Shown here: positions 21,482 to 33,480 of the stretch, one piece after another | How positions within the stretch are numbered: position 1 is the stretch's first letter | Layout: each line of letters begins with the position of its first letter | Origin: Plasmodiophora brassicae | Lineage: Eukaryota | NCBI GenBank assembly: GCA_036867785.1 | Contig: CP145409.1 | Span: 1,178,001 to 1,242,000, forward strand | DNA length: 64,000 nucleotides | Reading direction: 5' to 3' | Notes under the pieces: generated by a model | What the model was told of the DNA's origin: nothing | Databases searched by the model: none | What the model saw: the letters and a program-made list of their open reading frames with translations, nothing else | Position numbers and translations under genes: made by a program

Positions 21482-21940
21482 CTACCTACCGCTGTGATAT
21501 CCTAACCGAATCGCAACGATCGTCATTACAGACCAACAAGACGGGCCGAATAACATTCTCCTTCGGCGCTGCGTAAGTCTAAAGGCAGGCGGACCGCCCC
21601 GATTGACGTCACAGTGACGCAGCGTTTTCAAGAACCTCGCGCCCGACAGCTTCATTACCAGCTTGCAAAACTGACTGTCGGCATTCACGTCCGTCAAGCG
21701 ACCCTGTTCGAGATGCCGCTTCATCCACTCCATCGGGTCGCTTTCCGTCACCTAATCCGAGTCCTTGCCCAACTCCCAGGTGCATACCGCCTTCAACAGA
21801 CCTGGATCGATCATGCTCCTCAGTGACCGCGGAATTTGGCCCTTGGCGCTCGGATCATCTCGGAAACGATTCCAGGCGCCTTGTTCATCTGCAGGACGAC
21901 CGTCGAGCCCTTCACGTGCCGTCCCTACTGCCAGTCGTCA
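21482..21940 (-). pseudogene. Degenerate coding relic, possibly retroelement gag-like
   Basis: SMIDPGLLKAVCTWELGKDSD*VTESDPMEWMKRHL has an in-frame TAG at about 21752-21754, with more stops upstream. Confidence 0.35.
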
Positions 21941-22348
21941 TCGTCCTCCATCAACATATCCTCAGCAGTGGTCAACATCGCGTCCTTCTGCACCTTCCCC
22001 GAAAGGAACCGTAAGAGACCTTACCCAACCGTGTGTGTCGTCCCGCGTCGTCCGTCGTATACCTACTCTCTTCCTCGGGATCTGGATTCCTCTAGCCCAA
22101 TCACAGCTATGTTCATCTTGTAGCTTTGAGCCGCCACAAGGCATACATATGGCACACAACGCTGAACCTCTGCGCGTTCCAGTATCATGTAAACGTTCGT
22201 TGCTACCACTGACATATCAGGGCTGGGACCAATATAATAGCTTTATCATTGCGGATGTATAACACCTGTGAGCCTGCATAATTCATGACCTGTTCAAGAT
22301 GTTACGTCAGCACAAAGTTCATTGACATGAGAATGCGGAATGACCAGC

Positions 22349-22426
22349 ATCGGGTCAGAAAACAGGACAGTTATCGTCAAAGAAATTCAGTTGAAAGATG
22401 GTGATATAGGAATTCATCATGCCAAT
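22349..22426 (-). ncRNA. Box C/D snoRNA, U51/SNORD51 (snR39/snR59)-like, copy 1
   Basis: On the minus strand: C box ATGATGA (22420-22414), guide ATCACCATCTTTC, D' CTGA (22390-22387), degenerate C', D CTGA (22358-22355). Confidence 0.78.
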
Positions 22427-22549
22427 GAAGACAAAACGTGACACGTCCTACATGTAATGCTGCGATGCAGGAAGCCGGAATCCGCACTACACTATGGCAT
22501 TAGTTAGAATTAGCACTACAAGGTACAGTTGAAACAATGGAAAAGGCAA

Positions 22550-22632
22550 TAAAATCAGAGACTTGAGTATAGAATAGTTGCATCACGATATCATCAGTTG
22601 AAAGATGGTGATTAGAAGAATCATCATTGGAA
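22550..22632 (-). ncRNA. Box C/D snoRNA, U51/SNORD51 (snR39/snR59)-like, copy 2
   Basis: C ATGATGA (22627-22621), AATCACCATCTTTCAA, D' CTGA (22597-22594), C' GTGATGC, D CTGA (22558-22555). The guide is antisense to the conserved LSU rRNA sequence GAAAGAUGGUGA. Confidence 0.82.
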
Positions 22633-23235
22633 GTGGATATAACTAACGGGCACTACCTGCAGACTACGGTTCAGGTGACCTCGCCAGATCGCAACTGATG
22701 TCACGGATCCACGGCGTCCGTGGCGGACTCCTCGACTGAATGGTATATATCGCAGCGCCCTAATATCTGAAAGCACTCGTTGCTTCTTAATGCTTTTTAG
22801 GTGACGTCCACAAAGTACAACCCGATCGAGTAAGAACTCCTATGACGGCTGCGCTATTGCACGAAGTTGCTGAAGATGTCCAAAGAAATCGACAACTGCC
22901 ACCTCCTTACGAGATGTCAGGTGGATCACCAACGCCTTTGGCTATTTCGAATTGGAGATGTACGGGCAACACAAGCGTCATGACCATAGTTCCCCACAAG
23001 TTCCGACAGGCATCGCTAAAATGGACGTCGTTGCACTGTTGTTGTCAAGATGGCCTAAGCAGTAGCACCTGCGAAAACAAACTGTGCCTGGGGGGCACAC
23101 CTCTCACCTCTGTTCGGAGGAAACGAACGCACCAACGTTAAGCTGCTGTTGTGATGAGTGTGGACATTTGAAAACGGCGATTCCGGGTGTACGTCATAGA
23201 CGGCGAAGTGATAACGTAAACAGACAACGTTGCCA

Positions 23236-24467
23236 TTACTTCATAATGTCGACAATACTGTCCAGCAATGCCTTCGAAGATGCGCACAGCACTCGACCAG
23301 AAGTCATATCGAACGTGCCACCGTCTTGGTCGGATATAACACCGCCGGCTTCCGTCAATACGACTTCAGCTGCAGCGAAATCCCTACCCGCACACGTGTC
23401 AGCTGTGAGAATAACTGAGCAGATAGCTGAGCAAACCAGGGCTTCGGTCCGATTTTGGACGTGTGGCCTTCGAAGTAAACGTCGGCTCGCCCACATGCCA
23501 CACTGCACATGTTCAGAGCCGCTGCACGACCAAGAATGAGAAGGATAATTCCTTTACTGCAAACGCAGATAAGCACACCTGATCCGAAAAAGCGAACGCT
23601 TTGCACGTTGTTGGTTAGAAGTTTACGTAAGCAGCCTAGCATTCGATCGATTGCTGAAAAGGCCAGTCAGTCAACTGTTTGAACGGTCCCCACGTGAACA
23701 TACTCGCAGGATCCCGCCCATAGCCGAACTCGTTGATGACAGCTGCCTTATCGAGTTTGGTGATGTTGGAAACACGGATCTGACGACCGTTCAGGAATGC
23801 CCCTTGGCCAGCCCTATAAAGCATAACGGTCAGGACAGGTAAGCTTCGCTGGAAATTTCAGGACCTTGCTGTGAACAACTCGTTGATAATTGGATTGTAC
23901 ACAATGCCGAATGCCGGCTTGCGGTTGACGTGGCAGCCAATGGATACACAGGTCCAGGGTATGCCGTGGATGAAGTTATTCGTTCCTGACACAGATATTA
24001 GAAGATGATGCCACCACGACGCTGAACATGGTGGTACCATCAATCGGATCAACGAACCACGTCATGTCATTTGACAAATCGTAACCGTTATCGGCGTGAC
24101 TTTCTTCAGCAATGATCTTCGCTGTCGGAAACGCATGTCGAATTCGCCCGACAATCAGTTCTTCACATTGCCGATCGTATACGGTCACCTTTGAAACAAG
24201 GAGTTACACATCGACATCTTCACCAAACGGTAACGACCCCAACCAGGTCAGTGGCTCCGGATTTGCTCTCAATCGACTTATCACGCTTGTGAAACGCATC
24301 CACGATGACCTGACCGGCATCCTTGGCTGCCTGAAGAGCCTGCAGCAGCGCGTTACTCGTCAGTTCCTGGACCCGTCCAGCATGTTTCTGGACCCGTCCA
24401 GCACGTTCCTGGACCCATCCAGCAGTACGCATCGTACCAAGGTGAATGCAGCGTCTTCGTCGGCCAT
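23236..24467 (-). CDS. Inositol monophosphatase, multi-exon
   Basis: KIIAEES, WFVDPIDGT/NNFIHG, GSG/AAALNMC, EAGG motifs. Confidence 0.92.
24364..24426. repeat. 21-bp tandem repeat x3 in IMPase intron 1
   Basis: TTCCTGGACCCGTCCAGCATG-like units, each with an internal CTGGA/TCCAG inverted repeat. Confidence 0.85.
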
Positions 24468-24600
24468 TCAGGACACAGCGCACGAGCACAGGCAAACGCA
24501 CCTGCGCAATTCAGAACCAAAATGTCGGGACTCGCATGCCGCGTGAATTCCACACCGTCAGCTGCAACGCAACGCACACAGTGAGAAATACATTAGAAGT

Positions 24601-27281
24601 CTATTTGAATAATATAGGGCTGAACGATGCTTCAGAAAAATCGCGCTGGGTCTTCTTCGCCGCGTTGAAGCCCTTTGTAACTTCAGGGCCAAGGGGAGGC
24701 CGACATTGGTCGAAACTGGACGCAGCGTCGCCGCCTCGTGGAACAAGGTTGTTCGGATCGTCGTCGTCAACGCAACCGGATGTCGATCCAGATGCAGGTG
24801 ACGATGAACCGGCATCGTTTGTATCCGGGTTCTGGTCGGGTGGCTTCGGGCGTTTCCTAACAGGTGGCGGGTCCAGGACAGATGGGACGAACGTAGCGGG
24901 TTGCTGGCCGCTCCTGACTGCCGCCATCATCAACCGCAGCTGCTCGCGCTCGAAATCGTCTAGCTCGACGACACGCTTAGAGTGCCTATCGAATCGGTAT
25001 GGGACCTTGCCCATCTCTCCGTCGTACCGGTTCTTATCCACTGAGATCAGGCGAATCTCAGGCGTGGCTTGTGACGGTTGCAGAATGACAACATTGTCGG
25101 CCTCCTGAGTGGCACGAGCCGACCCGAAAATGGACGAGACAGACAGTGTTTCTCCATCAGCGACCTTGCGCGGATGGATCACGAGCGTGAGGTGGACATT
25201 GTAATCGGTCGCGAACTTTCTCAGCATCGAGATGGCCTGGTCCTGAAGGTCGAACTTGGTCGAGCCGCCGGACGCGGTGCCAAGCATGAACTGAAGGTTA
25301 TCGAGCAAGATGTGATCCACGTCGTGAACATACACAGCAAACTCCATCGCCTCCAACACTTGATGGATGTCGGTTGCACCGAAGAACTGGAACAACCAAC
25401 ATCAATACCGTGGCGTTACCAAACGAATGGGGAAGGCTCACCTTGAGAAAATAGATCGGAAGCTTTTCGAAGCGTTCGAACATCTCATCGAACTCCTCTG
25501 AGGAACAGTTCGCGATTGACTGGCCGTGGAGTTGGTTAAGCATGGTCTTGGCAAGGCGGTGGTTCTTGATCTCGAAGCTGCCCCACAGCGTATTGACGCC
25601 CTGGAGGCACAGGTCGAGCGACATTTGTGATAGGACAGTCGTCTTTCCCATGCCAGTTGGACCCGTAAAGACGGTCAACTCCCCCCTCCGATGACCTTTG
25701 AGCAACTTGTTCAAGGACGGAAGCGTCGTGATGGGCACACCTTCGAATCTCGACCCGTTCTGCAGTTCGTGTAGAATGTCTCCTCGCAAATCCTTGACAC
25801 TCATGATTTGCAAGTGGGCCGGGCGTTCGGCTTTGTCCAGCAGCTCCTTCATATCGCAGTTGGGGTTCAATAACGCCTCGTTCGCGTCCTTGGGACTGAA
25901 AATCGCAAGCGTCCTGTCAGTACGAGAATGTCTGCTAACGATGATACAGGGCCGCGCTTACCCGCTCGCTGAGCCTTGCTTTGATCGAACGTTGAAGCAG
26001 CGACCCAGTCCTACTTTGCGCATGAACTTGGTTGCCCCATCCTGGCCGGCTGTATCGTCATCTGAGCAAACCCAGTCAGAGTAGCGCGACAGTATACGAT
26101 TCAGGGAATGAGACGTACCCATCCAGATGATAATCTTCTGGAACCGTTCCAGACAGGGGATGATTTCAACCGGGAACGAGTTCGCACCATTGGGAAGCGA
26201 CACTGCTGGCACGCCCGTCGTTTGGTAGACTGCCATGGCGTCGAACTCGCCCTCCGTTATAACAATCACTTCTGCCGATGCAGGAACCGTGTGCCAGCCG
26301 AACAGTCCCCACGGACCGCCTCGAGGCTCCAGTCGCTGGTTCGCTTTCTGCTCAATACTGCGAATTTTCAGGCGATCCACGTACAGAGGACCATACCCAG
26401 AATCTTCGTCCTAGCAACACATCGTCACTAACAGCGATAAGGTCTGTCATTGTCCGGATACAATTCGTACCATTCTTGCCCATGGAAAGGTAACACACTT
26501 TTCCAGCTTCCAGTCTGGCGATTCGCCACCACTAGCGAACCAGACGTCGGCAGAGCCAACGCCATACTTCTTCAGAACGTCCCGAGACAAGCCGCGGGTC
26601 TCCGTCAAATATTTTAACACGTCGGGCTCGGTCTCAAGTCTCTCCCTGGATTCAAACGCTTTGGCTTGGTCGAGTTGCTTGTCGTGTGCCTTCGAGTTGC
26701 CGCCCAAAGTTGTCGAGATCCCAGCGAGGCCACCCGTCTGACGCTTGAAGTCGTAGAAGCTACAGTTCAACCCGCATCGATGACAAAAGCATCGTCCATT
26801 CTCCAACTACACAGAAATACGCCTTCTTAGACATTGACAAACGCAACAGAGCGTGTATACACCCAGCTCTTACCCATATGTACAATTTCCACAAGTTATC
26901 ACGCGAGTTCTTATGCGGTTTGCAGAAGGGGCACTCCTTGACAATCGCATGCACATCGCTGACGCGATGCACCAGGTTCTTCCTCGTGAGATAGCGGACG
27001 ATTTCCCCGTCGGGCATCCGGTAATGCGACGACACGTACGTCGGTTTGAACCCCACCGTCGACATATTCCGTGCCTCAACGGCATCTGGCGACGGTTTCG
27101 ATGCGAACGCCCTGAAGACGACGACCCCGGCGAGTCGCCAGTGCCGCCGCCCAGCCGGCAGAACCAGACGCGCATGGCGCATAGACGCGTCTGGTGCTGC
27201 TCTGAAACGCCGCATTTTGCTGCCGCCGGGCCCGGGGCGAACGACGCCGCCGCCGCATGCCTCGTTGACGGATCTCCACAT
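24601..27281 (-). CDS. TWNK: Twinkle mitochondrial primase-helicase, multi-exon (start approximate)
   Basis: CPFC/CHRC zinc domain, TOPRIM TEGEFDAMA, Walker A GPTGMGKT, WGSFEI, LDNLQFM, VIHPRK, QEADNV, KNRYDG. Confidence 0.93.
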
Positions 27282-27413
27282 TGCGGAAGCTATCAGACTC
27301 CCAGTATCGCAGCAGGCCGTGAACGATCGGCAGCTCTGGCATAGCCACGCAGCAACACTTTCGATGCCTCGAGCCAAATCAAACACAGGCTGGCATACGC
27401 ATAGAAGGACCAT

Positions 27414-27870
27414 TTATTCAGGTCCGTCTCGGGGATCATATTGTTCTAGTGCGTTCCTGTACGTCCGCTTGATGTGATCACACATGGATATCAGTGCTTC
27501 CATGGACGTCCGCAGGGCTTGAGTTGCAGGTGAGCCAGTGGTCTGGACGCGAATGTTCATGCGGTGCTCTGTCGGATGGGGAACGGAGTATCCGACAAAT
27601 TCAACGTCAAGGCTGGCAGCAAGCATTAAATGGCAGTCACATGTGCGGCAGGACGGGGAACGCACCTCTTCGCCATGATATAACGGGCGGCGTTACCCAG
27701 CGTGTGATCTTCATCTTCAATGAAGAACGTGGCGCAGGTTTCATCGGCGTTGCCTTCCTGAGGCAATACAACGTGTCAGATAAAGAAGGCCTGCACTACT
27801 TTATCGCCTGTAGTAGTACCAATCGAAGCTTGGGAATTCCGTCTCGGCGAACGGTGGGATCAGAGGCCAT
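27414..27870 (-). CDS. POLR1D: RNA polymerase I/III subunit AC19 (RPAC2/POLR1D), multi-exon
   Basis: EDHTLGN and GYSVPHP..MNIRVQT motifs. Confidence 0.87.
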
Positions 27871-28389
27871 GACTGGTTTGCCGTCGGACTCCGTGGCGGA
27901 TCCTCGGACTGCGCGGGAACGTGCCGACATACTGCTGCCCTTTCGACTTTCGCTCATCATACAGGTTGGGGATTGCAGAAGCGTTATAGGTAAGTATGCC
28001 CAAATTAATGCTGACGGATATCCATCGACTACAGACTTCAGCTATCGCAGATGTGGAGGATTCGCGAAATCCGTTTCGTGATCTACTTTGTGCACATTCA
28101 CCCGATGGTTTCCCGTTGGGGGAAGACAGCAGTATCCATAGCCCCGTACGTTTTCGGCCGGCTTGACTGGGGATCCTCAACTTACATGGGTCGTTACAGC
28201 AGGTACAGTGGGGCGGCGCCTTATAGTGTCACGAGATACGACCCACGACAACGCGGCCAAATTTGGTACACAGTAACGTGGACGGGCACTTTGGCAGAGG
28301 GGCCGCGCTGACGTCCCAACTCGCGATGGAACGCCCATTTTCTTTTGGATAGTGTGAGGTCGCGGGAGTGAGTTCGTGACAACGATCCA

Positions 28390-29675
28390 ATGGCGACTCT
28401 CGACACCACGGTCTACTTCCAGTACATGAAGATCGAGCAGGGCGAGCGCGTCCAGGCTGAGTACATCTGGGTCGGTGGGTCCGGTTCTGATATCCGTTCC
28501 AAGACGAAGACCCTGGATGTCAAACCGAAGTCAGCCGACGAGCTCCCGATTTGGAACTTCGATGGGTCGTCGACGGGGCAGGCGCCCGGATCCGACTCCG
28601 AAGTGTACCTCAAGCCGGTCCAGATCTTCCCCGACCCCATCCGTGGTGGCAATAACATCCTCGTCGTTTGCGAATGCTACACGCCTCAGATGAAGCCGCT
28701 GCCATCCAACACGCGTTACCCTGCGAACAAAATCATGGAGGCCGCCTCTGACCACCACCCATGGTTCGGTATCGAGCAGGAGTACACGCTGTTCGAGAAG
28801 GACGGCCACACTCCACTGGGATGGCCAAAGGGCGGATTCCCATCGCCTCAGGGACCCTACTACTGTAAGCCCATGGTGTTGTTTGCCATCAAACCTTGAT
28901 ATTGTCTGATTCGCTGTTAGGTGGCGTTGGGACGCGTTCCGCCTATGGGCGATTCATCGTCGAAGCTCACTACCGCGCGTGCCTTGCAGCCGGCCTGAAG
29001 ATTTCTGGTGTGAACGCAGAGGTTTCTGTCTTTGCGTATACTTGTAACATTCCTTGATTTATTCGGTCTCGTGTGAATAGGTTATGGCTGCCCAGTGGGA
29101 GTATCAGGTCGGCCCTTGTGAGGGCATTGACGCTGGCGACCAGATGCTCATCTCGCGCTACCTCCTGCATCGCGTTTGCGAAGACTTCGGAATCGTTGCG
29201 TCCTTCGACCCCAAGCCGATCCCAGGCGACTGGAACGGCGCTGGATGCCACACGAACTATTCGACAGAGGCGATGCGATCGAAGGGAGGTTTCGACGTCA
29301 TCCTGCAGGCGATCAAGAAGCTGGAGATGAAGCACCACGAGCACATTGCTGTCTACGGTGTCGGAAACGAGCGCCGCCTGACTGGCGCACATGAGACGGC
29401 TCATATCAGCAAGGTGCGCTTTGCGTTTCGTGTGTTTAGCTGTTCTGACTTCTTGCCTTACAGTTCAGCTACGGTGTCGCGAACCGGGGTGCTTCTGTCC
29501 GAATTCCTCGTCAGGCAGAGAAGGACGGTTTCGGATACTTCGAGGTACTCTACACCAACAGAGTTGCGACTTCCCTTATGCGCTCAACAATGATCGGTAG
29601 GACCGTCGCCCGGCAAGCAACATGGACCCGTATGTCGTCACGGGCAAGATCGTCGAGACGACGGTGCTCAACTGA
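28390..29675 (+). CDS. GLN1: Glutamine synthetase type II; 4 introns
   Basis: [66 protein letters not shown]. Confidence 0.97.
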
Positions 29676-29902
29676 GCGGAGCTAAGCAAGAAACCCATCC
29701 ACATCCTCACCAATTATGCTAACGATACTGAGGTGGTTCCCGAATAAACTTGCTCCCGCCATTGCAATGTTCAGCACCTATGAATTATGATGCCTACGTA
29801 GGTAGTTCCATTCTCAGTGTGCTCATGCCAACATCTATTGAGCAATGCCTGTGGAAACTGAAAACGAAATATGTATTGAGACAGAGAAACAATCAGACAC
29901 GC

Positions 29903-31135
29903 TCATTCGTCGCCTTCTTCGTCACTCTCGGCTTCCTTCAGCCAGTCAATGAAGCGCGACGCGCTCTCACGCATCTCTTGGCGCTCGAGGTCTGCCAGAC
30001 CGCCAGCAACGTTGGTCAACCCATCATACCAATCAAGAAGGACTTCTTCGGAGACGATATCCGACTCATACAACGTATGAAGGATCAAAGACGTGCGCGG
30101 GATCAAACGGGTCGGCTCGACATGGCAGATCATGTTCTCGATCGCACCAAGCAACGCCTGCGATTCGGCTCGGGTACGTGCAACCTGGCGAAGGATGCTT
30201 GAACGGGAGCGAATTTGCGACAGCAACGCCTTCGGGTCTGAAGGATCCAGAAGTGCAGTGGCCAGGGCGCTGATCTTGGCAGAAGTCGTCAACCCACGAG
30301 ACAGCTCGAGACGGCGAAGCTCGCCCAGAACTTCGGTGTCGGAACGCTCTTGCCCTTGAACAAACGAACGCAGAATCTCTTCAGCAGGCGCATTCGCAGC
30401 CACCGTCTGCGCAATCTGGACTGATTCCAACCTCTGATCAAGATCCCCAAGCTGCTCATCGCCAAGCGCCGCCATTTCTTCATGCTTGCGAGCCTCGGCA
30501 GCCGCAGCGGACGTGTCAGTGTACCACTCTTCAGTGACGGGAGCGTTGATCATCGACGACGCCGTCGTCGACGCTGGAGCACCGCCGGCATCACCTCCAT
30601 TGTCCTCATCCTTCTTCTTTTTCTCCCGCTTCTCCTTCTTCTTGTCCTTCGACGACTCGGCAGCGCCATCTTTCGACGACTTCTTCGACTTCGTCGGCGG
30701 GTTCTTGACGATATAGACGGTGAGCTTATGCGAATCGCCAACGGTCCCTTGATAGCCGCAGGCAGCGCAATCGACACGAATTTGATCCTTCTTGACCTTC
30801 AGGCGGATCTCGGGCAGCCGACAGGCCGGCGATGGACACAGCACGTACGTCTCGATGAACTTCTCCATAACGGCTTCGATCGCCGACACGTCGTGGGCGC
30901 CATTCACAATGGCCACATCTCGCGTCTTGTCGTACTTGGACTGAGCGCCAAGTTCGATACCGAAGAACTTCGTGGGATACGAGGGCGTCATGCGCAGGGC
31001 CTTCGCGACGTCGACCATGTTCGGGATAACGGTCTTGATACCGTTGCCACGACCTTCAATCTTGGTGAGGCATCGCGGGCGCTTGTACCGATACGATCGG
31101 TCGTTAGGGTCGCCTCCAATGTTGATTTCCGCCAT
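29903..31135 (-). CDS. EIF5: Eukaryotic translation initiation factor 5
   Basis: YRYKRP..KIEGRGNGIKT, PTKFFGIELGAQ, zinc ribbon, C-terminal W2 domain (FIDWLKEAESDEE); single exon. Confidence 0.97.
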   Translation of the reverse strand: MAEINIGGDPNDRSYRYKRPRCLTKIEGRGNGIKTVIPNMVDVAKALRMTPSYPTKFFGIELGAQSKYDKTRDVAIVNGAHDVSAIEAVMEKFIETYVLCPSPACRLPEIRLKVKKDQIRVDCAACGYQGTVGDSHKLTVYIVKNPPTKSKKSSKDGAAESSKDKKKEKREKKKKDEDNGGDAGGAPASTTASSMINAPVTEEWYTDTSAAAAEARKHEEMAALGDEQLGDLDQRLESVQIAQTVAANAPAEEILRSFVQGQERSDTEVLGELRRLELSRGLTTSAKISALATALLDPSDPKALLSQIRSRSSILRQVARTRAESQALLGAIENMICHVEPTRLIPRTSLILHTLYESDIVSEEVLLDWYDGLTNVAGGLADLERQEMRESASRFIDWLKEAESDEEGDE

Positions 31136-31146
31136 GGTTGATGATG

Positions 31147-31248
31147 TCAGTTAGAACTTGAATTCAGGCGTATATGATGAGACGATTCGACGGACGACTG
31201 CTGTCTTGACGAATCGGCAGCACAATCATAAAGCGACGTGTCGTACAT
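31147..31248 (-). promoter_or_regulatory. Two poor-context uORFs in the eIF5 leader (31248-31147 and 31229-31164)
   Basis: uATG contexts TGC-ATG-T and TTT-ATG-A versus ACC-ATG-G for the main start. Confidence 0.6.
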
Positions 31249-32944
31249 GCACGAGCGTCTCGCGCGTTCGGGTGGTCAGCGCGGCACGCAGCGGATGCAG
31301 CAGCAGCAGCAGCAATCAGGCCGATATGCAGAATGATTGGATCGGACCAACCACGCACGTCGTCGACAGGCGCGCAAATGTCCGTCACGGACTAGCCGCA
31401 TCCTCGGGGCACCAGCCACCACTGGATGAGAGGCCGCGCCGTCGGACCACCACTACCACCCGGCGCTGTTCCACCAGACCACCACCCACTGTGCTAGCTG
31501 CCAAAAGTACAACCGGAGATGCCTGGGCTGATCGTTACGCACTGTCGAGCGTGAACGAATGTGCACGTTGCCGACCGTCATTCACGGGCTCTGCTGATAG
31601 GTAGGCCAGAGGCGTCCATCATCGAGTGTGAGGGCTCGGTAGGTAGGTCTGGTTGCAATACGTGCGGATTGCGATATTGGGACGCCAATCACATCAACAT
31701 CGTCTTCATAATAGCATTGTTGTTACTCCTATATAATCTCTTATCGGCAAGGCAGGCGTTACATAGCGCTATGTAACCAGTAGTTAAAGGTATGTAAAGG
31801 TTATATGCCCAGCGTGATGACAAATATTAGGCAGCGCGTGGTGGACAGACCCAAAACTGCTACCGATCAAAAATTGGACCTGCAACTGCAGAGCGGGCTC
31901 TATTTCGGGGACGGGCACCACCGTGCGTGCAAATGACTCAAATGAGTGCGTCGACGTTCCTGGCGGTCCGCGTCGACGTGGGCTGGTCGCTGGAGGCATT
32001 GTAACGGGCGGACTTGGTTGGACGACGGGCCCATGTGGTAGGTTTGCCACGTCACTTGCCTTAATCGGCCGCCCGGCCCCGCATCATGAAACGTGCACCG
32101 GCGGACGTCGAGGTGTCGTCCGTGGCCGCCAAACGGCACTGCCCGTTCCCCAGCCAGCCTCCGCGGTGCATGCCCGTGTCGCTGAACGAGTTCCGGTTAT
32201 GCCAGGAGATGCGCAGCAGAACATCGTCGTCGTCGTCGATGACGGTCCTGGAGATTCTACGACAGACAACTGCCTGATTACTCCGTGTCCGTTCAATGTC
32301 GTTGTCTTCGTCACCACCACTTCACGCCTGTCACGTTGGTTCACGTTGTGTCCGCTCAAGTCCATTACAATTCTTTGTCCTGCACCGGGCTCGCTCTCTC
32401 AACTTCGAAGGCGCCCGAATATTTAACATTCATCACCCAATATTTTATTAAACACTTCATCATCCCATTCAGAGCAGCGTTGCACACCGGTCGTCGCCGG
32501 CGCGGCACCGCTCGCGGTGGCAGAACATATGAGCCTCCGGCAGCACCAAATGGCCAATGGACAATAGCTCTTGGGGGCACATCTGAAACTGTGTACCAGA
32601 TACCTAAATGATGGCCGACGTGACACCGCTTGAACTTGACGCCCGTACTCTTATCTGTCAGTGTGCTTGACGACGTGATCGACACAGCACTCGTGACGTG
32701 GTCACTCAAGTCGCAGGCAATCCGTCCGTTCCAAACTGCTCAAACGATTCTCCTACATAGTTTGCCCAGGTACCCGTCATGTTGCTGGAGCGACCACACG
32801 TCGATTTTCGTTCCACGTATCATATGGTTTACGGGTGACGTCTCTAATCAGTAGTTACGCCGGCAGCAGAGGCGGTTGGAGCGTAATCTCCTCTGTGAAT
32901 GGCCTGAGGAATGGCCCGTTGAGCGATACGTCGAAGCTCGCAAA

Positions 32945-33373
32945 TCAATGCATGCCCGAGGAATCCATCAAGTCGTCGCCCGTTGTTGTCGTATCCCTAG
33001 GGCGGACCTCGACCACGTTGGCCGTTGTCGTCGCCGTCGTCACCTTATGCATGGTCCGATCATTCGACAATGGCCCTTTCTCGCGTGCCCAGCAGCAAAA
33101 GCACAGCCGCGTCTGCCACGGTTCGCTTTCGTGACTGCTCAACGACCGGCTGCCGGTCGAGCTCCTTCGCTGCTTCGACGAAATGAAGACCATGAACCGC
33201 TGGAACAGCGTCGGTGGCCGGATGTCGGATTCATACACCAGGGACAATGTTTTCCTGCTGTGTACCCTCGAGGAACGCTTTCTGGGTGGTGGCGGTGCTA
33301 TGGATGACAGGGTGTGCATCCATCCCTCTCGTAGCCTGACGATAGGCCTGGGCGGCGTGACGCCCGCCTCCAT
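32945..33373 (-). CDS. Small hypothetical Ser/Arg-rich protein with an FCCW motif
   Basis: ORF only. Confidence 0.35.
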   Translation of the reverse strand: MEAGVTPPRPIVRLREGWMHTLSSIAPPPPRKRSSRVHSRKTLSLVYESDIRPPTLFQRFMVFISSKQRRSSTGSRSLSSHESEPWQTRLCFCCWAREKGPLSNDRTMHKVTTATTTANVVEVRPRDTTTTGDDLMDSSGMH

Positions 33374-33480
33374 GATCCTGGACGCAGGATGGGTACTCGG
33401 GTGATCCGACTTTCTCCAAGGAATCTCTTCCCGGTCCGGGACGGTATGGGATCCCCATACACGAGTTTGCCAGGGTTTAA

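Noticed and set aside
22200-22290. Possible third snoRNA (GGTCCCAGCC-CTGA on the minus strand)
   Set aside because: No convincing C box, and the guide is too short to support a call.
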